A DNA stretch of 64,000 nucleotides from assembly GCA_973895155.1 (NCBI GenBank), contig OZ316892.1, forward strand, positions 24,885,233 to 24,949,232. Reading direction: 5' to 3'. This document shows positions 50,097 to 61,107 of this stretch, piece after piece (position 1 is the first letter of the stretch; every line of letters begins with the position of its first letter). The translations under genes and the position numbers were made by a program. The notes under the pieces are model-generated. The model did not search any database. It saw nothing but the letters and a program-made list of their open reading frames with translations, and had not been told where the DNA came from. This DNA is from Marsupella aquatica (taxonomy: Eukaryota; Plantae; Marchantiophyta).

Positions 50097-51416
50097 TCAC
50101 TCGTCCTCTGAATCTCCACGAATTTGCCACAAGTGTTCAATTAAGTCTGCTTTCAGTTGTTGAGCAGTCGCAGCATCGCTGATTTGTCTCACACCATGAG
50201 TCAGCCCAACAAAATTAAGAGGATCCCGTGGCCTATGCTGCCACTGCACCTCAGGCCTATCAAAAAGGTAATCATGTGTCAAATCAGGATCTCCATGCTC
50301 GTCCTCAATAATCATATTATGTAATATCACTGCAGCTTTCCAAATCAACTGCATTTGGTCTCTGCTCCACCATCGAGAGGGATTACGAACCATGGCAAAA
50401 CGAGCTTGCAACACCCCAAAGCAACGCTCAACATCTTTCCGAACTGATTCCTGCCTTTTAGCAAACCACTTCCGCTTGGCACCTTGAGGCTCACTGATCG
50501 TCTTCATGAAGATGGTGTAGTCTGGGTATATTCCATCTGTCAATAGGTAGAACATTTTGTAAACATGACCATTCACATCGAAGGTCACATCTGGTGCCAC
50601 TCCATTCAACAGGTTGCCAATGAGAGGCGAACGATCAATGACATTGATGTCATTGTTGGAACTTGGGATACCGGCAAAAGCATGCCAAATCCACAAGTCA
50701 GACGTGGCAATCGCTTCTAGAACTATGGAGTTCAATCCATCCTTGTCCCGAAATTGGCCTTGCTCTCCTACGGGACAATTTTTCCAGGTCCAGTGAGTAC
50801 AATCAAGGCTGCCAAACATTCCGACAAATCCTCTGGCCCGGTTGATTTCCATGTGCTTTCGAACATCAGCCGCCGTAGGCTGACGAAGGTACTCTTCTCC
50901 AAAGCAATTGACAAGTGCTTCAACAAAATGCTTGAATGATCTAATTGTAGTTGATTCCCCAATTCAAACGTACTCAGCCACAGCATCCCCAACACTCCCG
51001 TAGCACATGATCCGTAGAGCAGGTGTCATCTTTTGAAGGCTGCTAATTCCAGCCTTGCCGACAGCATCTGGCCTTTGCACAAAAAAACCATCCTCCTCCA
51101 AAATTGCATTGTGAATTATGAGGAAAACTTCTTTCCTCATGCGAAATCTACGTCGAAATAAATGAGATGGATAAGTTGCTACAGCAGAGAAGTAGTCATC
51201 CCAAATCCTTGCATGGCCTGCAGCATGGTCATGAAATAAATTAGGAGAACGGCCCTCCCTGGAGCCTCCATGTTTTTGATTCAAAACTTCCAGTGTTTCT
51301 TCCAGGCTCTCTTGTTCATCCAATAATTGAAGAATGTGATCAGCAAGCACTTCATCTATCTCATCGTCAAAATCTACTCTATCTCCAACCCACTGGTTGA
51401 ATGCAGCAGAATCCAT
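50097..51416 (-). pseudogene. Harbinger/PIF DDE transposase (439 codons) interrupted by a single in-frame TGA at 50966-50964
   Basis: ORFs 51416..50964 and 50852..50097 are one frame: ...FRRRFRMRKEVF...GISSLQKMTPALRIMCYG...AEYV*IGESTTIRSFKHFVEALVNCFGEEYLRQPT...GMFGSLDCTHWTWKNCP...LWIWHAF.G...NNDINV...YLLTDGIYP...QESVRKDVERCFGVLQARF...ILHNMIIEDE...LKADLIEHLW. The D-D-E triad is intact. Confidence 0.92.
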
Positions 51417-52251
51417 ATTGTCTATGGATCACAATTGTAAATTGTTGTACAGACCAGGGCTTCAAGCAATGCCGCAGGATTGAGAATGATTGGAATGGGA
51501 TTTCAGGATTTCATAATTAGGGCATCGTAGAGTGTATCCTTCGGTGAGAGATTCAACATATGTATTAAGATATATTCCTTCCAGGCCATAAGCATTCGCA
51601 GATTACTTGGACCTAAATTGGACACTTCGTGTATCAGTTTTTGGTGGAGCAATTTGTGCTGCAAGCGCCCATTGATTGAGCCCTCCACTCGGCCCTCCAT
51701 ATGGATGAGACAGAATTGAATTATTACTGATGAAAGGCAAGAAAACAATGTACACACGTAGAACCTTTATAGAATGGAGGCGCTGGCCATGATTGAAAGC
51801 TTGGATCAACTAGGCAATGTCCACAATAGGGAGGAGGATTCCGAGCGGGACGGCATTGCCAGGCTTGAAAATGGAGCGAGACCCTTTGAGCAGGCCACGT
51901 CTCTTTTCTGGAGTCCAACATGTGTCTGCAAGGAACCCCGTACTTAAAATATCCTGTATCCATTGGGGTTGGACTCTGGCATGACTCAGCCCATACACCC
52001 CATATACTAAAGTTAGAGTGTCAGAATACGGGGTATTTAATGTATACAGTGAGTGAACCCCGTTAACGTAGGAGATGCTCTTACATACTAGAACCCCCTC
52101 AGGTATCGGTGTTCATGAGTAATTTAAAATTTTGTAAGTACAGTAGTTACATGTGTATTATTGGTCTTGTGTATGTGGACCAGTGGATTAAGGTCGACCT
52201 TATGTCTACCTGCGTATGTGGGAAGGTACACGGGAGACTGGATACATGTAA

Positions 52252-52687
52252 GAGCATCCACACCCGTCTGCCATACTAGGCAACCGACAGTGAATATGGA
52301 GCATTGCGCACGATAAACCTTTTTTGGACCAATAGCATTGTTAGCGGAATGCTATTGTATGTGGACAACAATAGCATTCCACTAACACCCCGGGCCTGTC
52401 TAAATGGGTCCCCGCAGCGCCATTCGTACCCTGCAAAATGACCTTGACTTTGCCCTCCAACCGACCTCCATTCAGGATGACTGGACTAGATTCTATGTAG
52501 GGCATTGGATCCAACGACCAGTTAGGTGAGCCGGGCATGTGCTTGCGGTACACTGCCGGTTGGCACATGTAGTTCAGAAACAACTAAGGGTTTTAGAGGG
52601 ATAGGTGGGGAACCCTAATTGCTACATTCACCATTTGGGCCAGTGACTTAGAGTGGGCAAATATGGTGCTGATGGGTGTGGATGCTC
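52252..52687. mobile_element. Tourist-like MITE (436 bp)
   Basis: TIRs GAGCATCCACACCC (52252-52265) and GGGTGTGGATGCTC (52674-52687), with TAA on both sides (52249-52251 and 52688-52690). No coding capacity. Confidence 0.9.
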
Positions 52688-52700
52688 TAATGGCCAGCCC

Positions 52701-52850
52701 GGAACCATTGGTAAACATGAAGGGTACTTTTTGTTTATGCCTGCCACAAACAAGCCAGCAATACATAGGACACCACACACATGTAATGGCAAGCATGGAA
52801 CCACTGGTACACGTGAAGGGAACATTTTGTTGATGCCTACCACAAATAGG
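52701..52850. repeat. ~96-bp-period imperfect duplication
   Basis: ggaacca.tggta.ac.tgaaggg.ac.tttt(t)gtt.atgcct.ccacaaa occurs at 52701 and 52797. Confidence 0.75.
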
Positions 52851-53078
52851 ACAACAATGCTCTGGCTCCCACCAGAAACAGGATATATGGTGTACAATGC
52901 CACTCCATTCCATGATAAATCCAAAATTTTTGTTTAAATCACGGAGTGTTATTCTATATATGTATGTGAGTGTTGGTTTTTGATGTGCAATTACTAGGAT
53001 GCTATATTCACCATTATGCGATACAAAGCAATGATGTGGCAGATTATGAGTATTGCCTGTTTGGTCAATACTACCCTT

Positions 53079-53361
53079 TGTTGGGGAAAATATTGTGACA
53101 CGCAACCAAGCGAACAACAAGCAAACATGCACATTGACACCGAGAGATATGTGGTTCACTTTCAATGAGGCTACGTCCACGGAAAACACACAAGAGCTTT
53201 ACTACGTTCTAGAATCGTGAACCATACCAAGCATCCATAGCACGAGCTCTCCCTATTGCCTATATGCTAGGAACTAGAGTTGCGACTAATCATCATTAAT
53301 ACCCTAATGCCTGTTAGCCTAAGTGAACTAAGTTAACACAAGACTAGAGGCAACCCTAACA
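53079..53361 (-). mobile_element. Solo LTR (283 bp, Copia-like)
   Basis: Ends TGTTG...TAACA, flanked by a 5-bp TSD CCCTT (53074-53078 and 53362-53366). The minus strand carries CCGTGGACGTAGCC...GTGAACCAC, a motif common in plant Copia LTRs. Confidence 0.8.
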
Positions 53362-55990
53362 CCCTTAACATCTTGTTTGCATGGCATTATGGAAACAACA
53401 CCCAGGAAAGCAAGAGTTGGGCTTGAGTTTTGAGTAGCTCTTATTGTCTATAATGCTGAGGTAATAGGACATTGATACAGGTAATGGCCCAATGGATTTC
53501 TACTATTACTAATTTTAGTAAGAGTAGAGGAGATTCTTCATAATGAGTTGACACAAATTTTGAGTTTGGATTCTTCTCCAAATATGCTCTAAAATATACA
53601 AAGAGGAAAATCACATGGGCACTAGGTCTGGGAAAAGGTCCTTTGGGTAAAAATATATAGACACAAGATTATAAGAAGAACATCATTTCTGTTAAACCTG
53701 GCAAGGGTATTAGCAAAGGTAATTCACTCAAATTGGAGGTATTTTTAACACTGGTTAGAAGTCAACAAGTTGGAATGAAAGGTACAAATTCACTAGAGAA
53801 GAACTTGTGTTAAGGAGTAGTCAGGGGGGTAGCTACCACATTTGGTATGGAGAAGGAGTCTCTATATATCAAAATGAGAGTTGGGGTTTAGGGTGTCTAG
53901 ATAAGGTAGGCAACGAAGAAGTATACAGAAAAGGATTCTGTCAATAACGTTTGGGTTGACTTCTCATCCGATTGATGAATACACCCTGCAGCCTGTACAG
54001 ATTTAGGGTGCAATTTACAGATGATATCTCTGCTATTTCCTTGACTCGAAACCTCTCACTACTATTGAAAGAAGACCAGTGGGGCTCTTAAACTAATTGT
54101 GAAATTTATGAGTCATAAGCTCATTTCTGAGAACGCAGTAATTGTGTCTTAAAACTAGCCTGCTATATCATGTTTTTTTCATTCAGTTGTTGTCTAGGGT
54201 AGTGCATCGTGCCCAGGGGTCTAAGATGACAGTGCACCATGTGCAAGGCACGTGTGTGATCAGTCAAGTCTGGCACTGTATAACTTTCCGGCAGAACCCG
54301 GAAGTTCTGCAAACCTTTTCAACTGGTGCGTCAGAAAAAGTGCTTTTCAACTTTTTTGGTGCTGTAGAAAATGCTTCTGCAAAGGTCGTTTGAACAGTAC
54401 GGCTATAATTCAGCCCATAGACTGCAGCTTTGCTGAAAAAGCCAGCTTCATTTCCAAATTCTCTTTTTCCGACCTACTTCTGGATGGTCTATTTCGTTAG
54501 GGTACAGTTTGAGGGCCTAGCTCTTATAAAACAATGGTAGGGTTGGGCAGGACTGCAGCCACGACACCAAAACTTGGTTGGACGGGCTCGCCGAAGAAAT
54601 TGATAAGAACGTTCCTGAAGCTGTTTTAAGCTTTGAATTGGCAAACATCAGATAGCACTTGCTGGTGATGGCTTCAAGAGAGTGATTAAGGCAGAGGCTA
54701 CTGTTTTTCTGGCTGTCACATTTATGCTAAGAATTAACTTTGCAGATTGGTAGCCTTGAACATCAGTTCGAGACTACTTTGCAGATTGGCACCCCAAGCT
54801 GGATTGGTATTGTCTAGTCGGCGAAGCACTACGTTTGCAGTCATGGAGGTTTACGAGCGTCAGCCGGTACCCCAGCATGTACTCTCATCCCGACCCCATT
54901 ACAATTGTGGTTGCAGTAGGGTTTTGCCAATACTTTCAGAGAAGTGAAAGAGATTGCGAATGAACGGGAACGTAGATGGGCAGAAATTTATAAACATTGA
55001 CAGATCTGGTCTCTGAAATTTTGAACTGGCACATGCCTGATTTCTCATCCGGTCTCATTTTCGTCTCTTGTGAGATGTCAGGCCTGACCTAAACTTGACC
55101 AGCGTCTTACACACGGGCCTTAAAATACTGCAGTCATGGGGTTTTCTGATTTTCTTGTGTAAGATGTGTGGCTTTCATAGTTATTGAGTGTATGGGATTA
55201 TCCTTGTGCTTCTGTTCTGCCGTGTTTAGTTCTTTGAAAAAGATCGATGTGACGTATTTGCACCCTTTGGTTCCCACCCAGGCTTAATTTGTTCAAATCT
55301 CTAGATTGATTTTCCGTTGCAGACTTGGTCCATATAAATTCTGCCCAGACCTAAACTAGCGTTGCACAGCTTGTGGTGACGCCTCCATGTTTGCAAGTAG
55401 TTCTTTCTTCAACGGTTGTCAAGTACCAATAAACTTTGAGATGCTAAGGTAGTCACAACAATTATATTTCTACCACATCGGGGCTCATATTGATGTTTTC
55501 TGATGTCGTGAGATAACAGGACGACATGCTTGGGCATCCCTGAGGTCACACTATTGGAGTCACTTGTTTGGAAGAGGCATCACTTTTGCCCACTATTTTC
55601 CCCAGAGAATATATGCAGAGCACGTCAAGAAATCTTAAGATAAAAGGAAGTGCCAGTCAGCATTTCTACAAGTTGAAAAATCGTCTCAATTGTCAGCATT
55701 CAACAGTTGGGGTTGTACTTCACTGGTAGGAAGACCACTCATACGAACCTTACCACATCACCCACCAAAGTGGCTTCTTCTACGTAAATATCTAACTGCC
55801 ATACACTAGAGACATTTCATTTTAAAAAATGGGACCAGAAGGAACTGTTGTACTAGATGGGACGAGATGGGACTGTGCAATGTGGGATGCAGCAATTTAT
55901 AGACCCTCCAATCTACTCTTTCCGCGAAGCCTGTTCAAATTGAATCCCAGAGTGACTACGGATCTCAATCGATTGTGCTTTTGCTCACTT

Positions 55991-56058
55991 GCTAGGAAAT
56001 AGCTTGACCTCACTCGCTAGGAAATAGCTTGACCTCACTCGCTAGGAAATAGCTTGAT
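55991..56058. repeat. 25-bp tandem repeat, about 2.7 copies, in the 3' flank of SDR copy 2
   Basis: gctaggaaatagcttgacctcactc at 55991 and 56016, with a partial copy at 56041. Confidence 0.9.
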
Positions 56059-56213
56059 AAGGGTCATGGAGAGTGGACCTCCCTACTTGTACGTTGTTTC
56101 TTGTCTGCTAAGACGCATCGATAGAAAGGAAACCAGAACGGCTTTGGGTCAGCCGTATAGTCTCTCTTCTTAAAAATTGTCGCTCATGTGTAAGGAACAC
56201 ACAATCCTGATCT

Positions 56214-58141
56214 TTAGAAAGAATAGTCTGCTCTGTCCCTCAAGAATTTTCCATTTGGACCTCCACTTGGGAAGAGTGCAAGCCATGACGCAGTATCGGC
56301 ACCATTTTCCAAAGTGCGACCCCCTGGAATATTACCGTTTATATCAGTGCTCGTCAGTCCAGGAGTCATTACGTTCACGTACACCTTACTGCCACGGGGC
56401 CGGCTGGAAAGTGACTTGGCGAGAATCCTGGTATAAGCATTCAAAAGAATCTTCGATATTTGATACTGTTTTCCAAACCCAGTCGTCCAATCTTCATCTT
56501 GACCTTTCTTAGCATCTTCCAAATACTTGGCACCCAGAGAATCCACCGCTTCTTCAGTAAGATGATCCAAGTCGTTCAGTTCTAGTTTCACCTTCTCGTT
56601 TTGCAGGAACTTCAACATATCCAATGAAAACGTTACCATAAAATCAAGTACAACAGTTTGTCCAAAAGAAACCACAATGTCTACAGGATTTCAAGCGCAC
56701 TAAAGCTGCCGGGAAAGGAGGCATGCACAGAGTTTCTAACTACAAGAAATCCTTCTATAAAGTAAGAACTCTATTCACGACAGCATATTCAGTTCCTTGA
56801 CCAAATCACAAATTGAAAATTGCACAACTTGAACCCACGTCACCCAAGTCACAAGAAAAAATGTAGCAAGGTCTTACATGAAGCTGTCCAAGCTCTGAAC
56901 TGACGTTTACAATACGTGCACCAGATGCTGATGGTTTCAACAGCGGCAACAAGGCAGAAATGACCATCTTCTGGCCGTAATAGTTTGTGTTGAGAATTAA
57001 CTCTGTGCTCTCATAGCCTGGTTGCAAGTCGATGTCACTAATTCCAGCGTTGTTAACCTGTAATGCTTTTTATAAGTCCCAGAGAAACTTGTAGAAAACA
57101 GAAGTACTACTGAAATAAGATTGGTCACCTTGGTGTTTTGCCAAGCGCTTGGTTTTAAAATTAACTGGACAGAAAAAAAATCAACCTAGACTCACCAGAA
57201 TATCAATCCCTCCAAATTTCTCCTTAATCCAGCTTGCGAGCTTCTCAGACGAGAATGCATCAGTAACATCCAATGGATGAAACAACACATTTACCAGTCC
57301 TTGAGCTTTAAGTTTATCGACGGCCGCCATCCCTCTACTCTCATCTCGAGCAGTCAAAATTGTGGTCACTCCCGCGTTTGCTAATTGTCGCACTATCTCA
57401 AAGCCAATTCCTTTGTTGCCCCCCGTTACTACAGCCAATGTGTCCTTCGACCACCATCTAAGGCAACAGAGAAATTTCGCTGAGGAAGAGAAACTAAACT
57501 CCGAGCACGAAATGTCTACAGTTCTACTTAAACCACCACTGGCGCTATGAAAGGGAGAAGTTTCCAAAGCTTCTCCCTTTTTTCACTTTCCAGTCCCTGT
57601 CCTCTACTATGGCCACCTTCTCCATACTCCTCTACTATGGCCACCTTCTCCATAATTTCAGGAATTGAGAATAATTTTGGTGAGCTCTGGTATTACCAGA
57701 ACTTGCTGGTGACAGTGGTGGTTTAGGCCACACCTCAAATCGTACCTCGCTTCAACTGTAATTTCACATGGATGGTATCGGACGAAAATCAATTGCATCG
57801 CACTGGGAATCCCTTTTCTGACAACTCTAAGATCAGCAAACGAGAGATATATACCTGACTTCATCAAGGGTTTTCCCTTCAATAAATTTGATGTATGACT
57901 GCCTAGACGCCTCAGAGTCTGGATCGACTGCGAAGAATTTATACTCAAAAGGATGATCTCTGCCATATTCCACATCAGCCAACCCAATCTAAGCAGAGCT
58001 CACGGATTGCGAGTTAAGTCACGTAAAAGGGGTAGCAAGATCCTTTGACCATTCCTTCAGCATCAATCAACAGCGAGGAAAGCTGAAAATAGCCAACAAA
58101 ACAAAGCGACAGAGACATGGTGCACACTACATCCTACCCAT
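56214..58141 (-). CDS. Short-chain dehydrogenase/reductase of carbonyl reductase / (+)-neomenthol dehydrogenase type (SDR copy 2), 304 aa; exons 58141-58138, 57927-57855, 57457-57196, 57057-56878, 56609-56214
   Basis: MVDPDSEASRQSYIKFIEGKTLDEVRWWSKDTLAVVTGGNKGIG...GGIDIL|VNNAG...TNYYG...ARIVNVSSELG...YQISK...PGLTSTDING...ENGADT...FPSGGPNGKF. All introns are GT-AG and in phase (915 nt). The 4-nt first coding exon (ATGG) is the least certain part. Confidence 0.9.
57600..57653. repeat. 28-bp-period tandem duplication in an SDR2 intron
   Basis: tcctctactatggccaccttctccata occurs twice. Confidence 0.9.
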
Positions 58142-59499
58142 TTTTCGACACTGTTCTGCACCAAGCGTGCTGCTTGGCTGCGTCCACGGTAGGTCAAAAT
58201 GCCATGTGATTTATGCTCTCACCCAGCTAGGCGCCCTGGAAATAGTCGAACAATACCTCGAGGCGGCCAAATAGATTCATATGTTATTTCTGATTTCCTT
58301 TCCGCACATAGGGTCGTTGAAAACTGATACCCCCCTTGGGTATTGTTTGAAACAGATTGCTCTAAAAAATGCTAACCCGAAACAAGAGCTATATCACTCT
58401 GTCAAACGTCAATATTCCGGTTCTGATCAAGACTAGGACATTTCAGTTGGCTCCCATTCAAGAGCTAAATCCGTTCATTCAAAGTATCAGTCTATGCCAT
58501 CGGAGCCAAAATGGTCCCATGTGAGTCTCCGTAGACTTGAAATTCATTCATGCATCGGGTAATTCATCGACTCACCCTTCCTTCCTCCCTCCATGCTATC
58601 TGTCTGTCTGTTTGTCTAATCCAGAATAAGACATTTGAACACAGTACATTATACATTTCATCCGTTGGCCCTCTGTCCGTTCGTTGTCACATGATGATTG
58701 CACAAAAAATTACAACATCCCTGTGGAACCAGGACCCAGAGCTTCTGCATGATTATTCGAAGCGCTGTCCAGAGCGAATTTCGTGAAGCAGGAGGGAGGA
58801 GCCCACAAACAGCAGACAACAGAGTTCATCTTTATGCACACTTACACTTTTGAGGCCATTGAGTCAAGGCAGCAGAAGTTCTCCCTCGTTCTTCCTGACT
58901 CCAGGCCTGAATCCTTCTGAAGCACCTATGTAGTCTGTGTATGAAACCCAAACTGAGGAATGACGAACTCAAAAACTTTGCTCTATCTAGCAAAATGGAG
59001 AGCCAGGAACATGGAGAGCAGCACCAATGTCGATGTACCTCGTATGACAGGCACAAAAGAAGGCTCAGATCGTGGAGCCACATGCACCTCCCAATGAATA
59101 GCCCTGAAGAGAAGGTCAGTAGAATGCAATCTGAAGTAGTACCTAAATCTATCCTGACCACTAGTTTTAGGTGTAGAACCCTGGATGTTGAGCTACCAGA
59201 GAGAAATTGGAGGTAATTTATTGGAAGCCCACACGAGAAACCATGGTAAGTAGGTGGTAAAGAAAAACAAAGTTCTAATTCATTTGTGACTAAAGATGTT
59301 CTAATTGACAATACTACCACAATGGTTTTTTGTATTTACAAGTATGTCATACTTTAGTATATGGACTGCAAGCTCACCAAGGTAACCATATACCAATACT
59401 GTGGCATATTTATAAATACAATAAAAACAGTGGCAACATATTAAATTTGAGCATCTTTAATTAGTGGCAATGTGATTACAAGCTGTGAAGAAAAATTGC

Positions 59500-60070
59500 T
59501 CCCAAAGCAACAGCTTAAGGGCCAAGAACCAACCCAACCCAAGAAACACAGAATTAAGAAGGGCCCAACTTAGGCCAAGCACCAAGGGCAGCAAGTACAC
59601 AGGACACTTCTAAACAACTTACAAGAACTTTCTTAAAGGGCATCAATAGCTAAGAAAAGATAAACATATGTTTGAATACCATTAGTCATACAAAGATGTA
59701 TGAATATCAAGAGTCATGACAATCTAAACTTTTTGGATGTTTGCCCTATCAGTTTTCTAGAAAGAACCACCTTAAAGAAGGCCAGGGTGGTCCAAACTAT
59801 AGAGCAAGAGAAGGGGGGGGGGGGGTGAAGGCTTTATGCTTGGGCAAGTCTGAGCGTAGGCTATTGACCACTGGCTGTTGTGGCTGATTAAGAGTCAGAG
59901 ATAGTGAGGTCAGGAAGAAGAAAGTTACAGATCTGATCGCAGTCAATGGAATTTTTTTGTCCCTGAAGAAGCAATCTTTATTTGACGATATAAATGCCAA
60001 ACATAAGGACCTGGCAACCTTAAAATGGGAATCAGCCTGGAGAGGAACAACCTAGACCAGATTAGTCTAG
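59500..60070 (-). mobile_element. Possible LINE 3' remnant
   Basis: The minus strand reads VWHLYRQ/[fs]NKDCFFRDKK, resembling the 'W.IW..RN...F' motif at LINE ORF2 C-termini. Degenerate. Confidence 0.35.
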
Positions 60071-60524
60071 TTAACATTTACTGTAATTGATGATCTTTAC
60101 AGTTGAAATAGGGCAATTTGGCCGTTTTCCAAAGAAAAGATGGATCATTTCTTGGGCACAACACAACAGTCAGTCCAAGGAGACACCAATTAACCTAGTG
60201 TAGTGTTCTTGGACATGAGAAACCATAGAAACAGTGACATGGTCAGCGCCAAAGATAAATTGCTCCCTACTCTGATTTATGACCAAAATAGTTAGAGGCA
60301 GCACGGGAGGCAGCATTGCGGGCCATAACCCTAAGAAAATGAGGGCCTGTTTTGAGGGGCTATTATGCTCATAATGCTCTCATGACAGGGAGTTAATGCA
60401 CTTAAAGCCTAGTAGAAGTAAAGGATAAGTTGTAATGCCCCTGTAATTGTGCAAAAACATCGTTTGTATACTATAGTTTTCATCATGACTCTTAGGATCT
60501 CTTTGCTCTGCATGTGCATTACAC

Positions 60525-60965
60525 AAAAGATGTTGAGGTGAAAAAAGATGTCAAGATCAAGAAAAGATCTCAGTGTGAAAAAAGTTGTCAATGAGAGAAA
60601 AAGATGTTGAGGTGAAGAAAAAATGTTGGTGTGAAAAAGTTGTTGATGAGAGAAAAAGATTTTGAGGTGAAGAAAAGATGTTGGTGTGAAAAAAGTTGTC
60701 GATGAGAGAAAAAGATGTCGATGTGAGGAAAAGAAGTCAAAGTGAAAAAAAGATGTTGAGGATAGAAAGGATGGCAAGGTGAGAAACAGATGTAAAGATG
60801 AGGAAAACATGTTGAGACAAGAAAAGATGTCAAGGGTGAGGGAAAGAAGTAGTGGTAAGGTAAAGAACACAAAAGGTGCCTGTGGATTGCACAGAAGCTG
60901 TTGAGGTGAAGAAAATATGTTGAAAGGAGAAAAAAATGTTGAGGTGAGGCAAAGTTGTCGAGTAA
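60525..60965. repeat. Purine-rich low-complexity repeat (~20-22-bp unit AAAAGATGTTGAGGTGAA..., about 20 copies)
   Basis: Repeated aaaagatgttgaggtg / aaaaagttgtcgatgagag. It explains the spurious F/S/H/L-rich minus-strand ORFs at 60409-61033. Confidence 0.85.
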
Positions 60966-61107
60966 ACACAAAGATATGCAGGCAAACTCATTCCCCATGC
61001 GCTGCAAAAAAGATGTAGCATAAAAAATGTCATTGTTTAATGGTGTTTGTCATTGTTGCAAAAATGTTATCATTTTGGTCATTATTGTGAACGTGTTATT
61101 GTTGTTG

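Larger units (their letters stand above)
47641..52080. mobile_element. Full-length PIF/Harbinger DNA transposon (4440 bp)
   Basis: Perfect 14-bp TIRs: GAGCATCTCCTACG (47641-47654) and CGTAGGAGATGCTC (52067-52080). TTA TSD at 47638-47640 and 52081-52083. Two convergent ORFs (Myb/SANT-like and DDE transposase) and subterminal ACGGG/CCCGT motifs. Confidence 0.95.

Noticed and set aside
50964-50966. In-frame TGA in the transposase as selenocysteine or programmed recoding
   Set aside because: The position corresponds to Arg in the family, land plants lack Sec machinery, and a CpG transition is a simpler explanation.
51503-51998. Short minus-strand ORFs upstream of the transposase as a possible third Harbinger gene
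   Set aside because: Overlapping short frames with stops and no recognisable domain; more likely promoter or 5' UTR.
58175-58205. ATG at 58205 as the SDR2 start
   Set aside because: It is followed by TGA at codon 4. The ATG-G|GT at 58141 splices in phase to an exon homologous to SDR1.
58941-59216. 91-aa plus-strand ORF ending at a donor-like GGTAATT
   Set aside because: No recognisable domain or partner exons.
60409-61033. Hydrophobic F/S/L/H-rich ORFs
   Set aside because: Produced by the purine-rich low-complexity repeat on the opposite strand.
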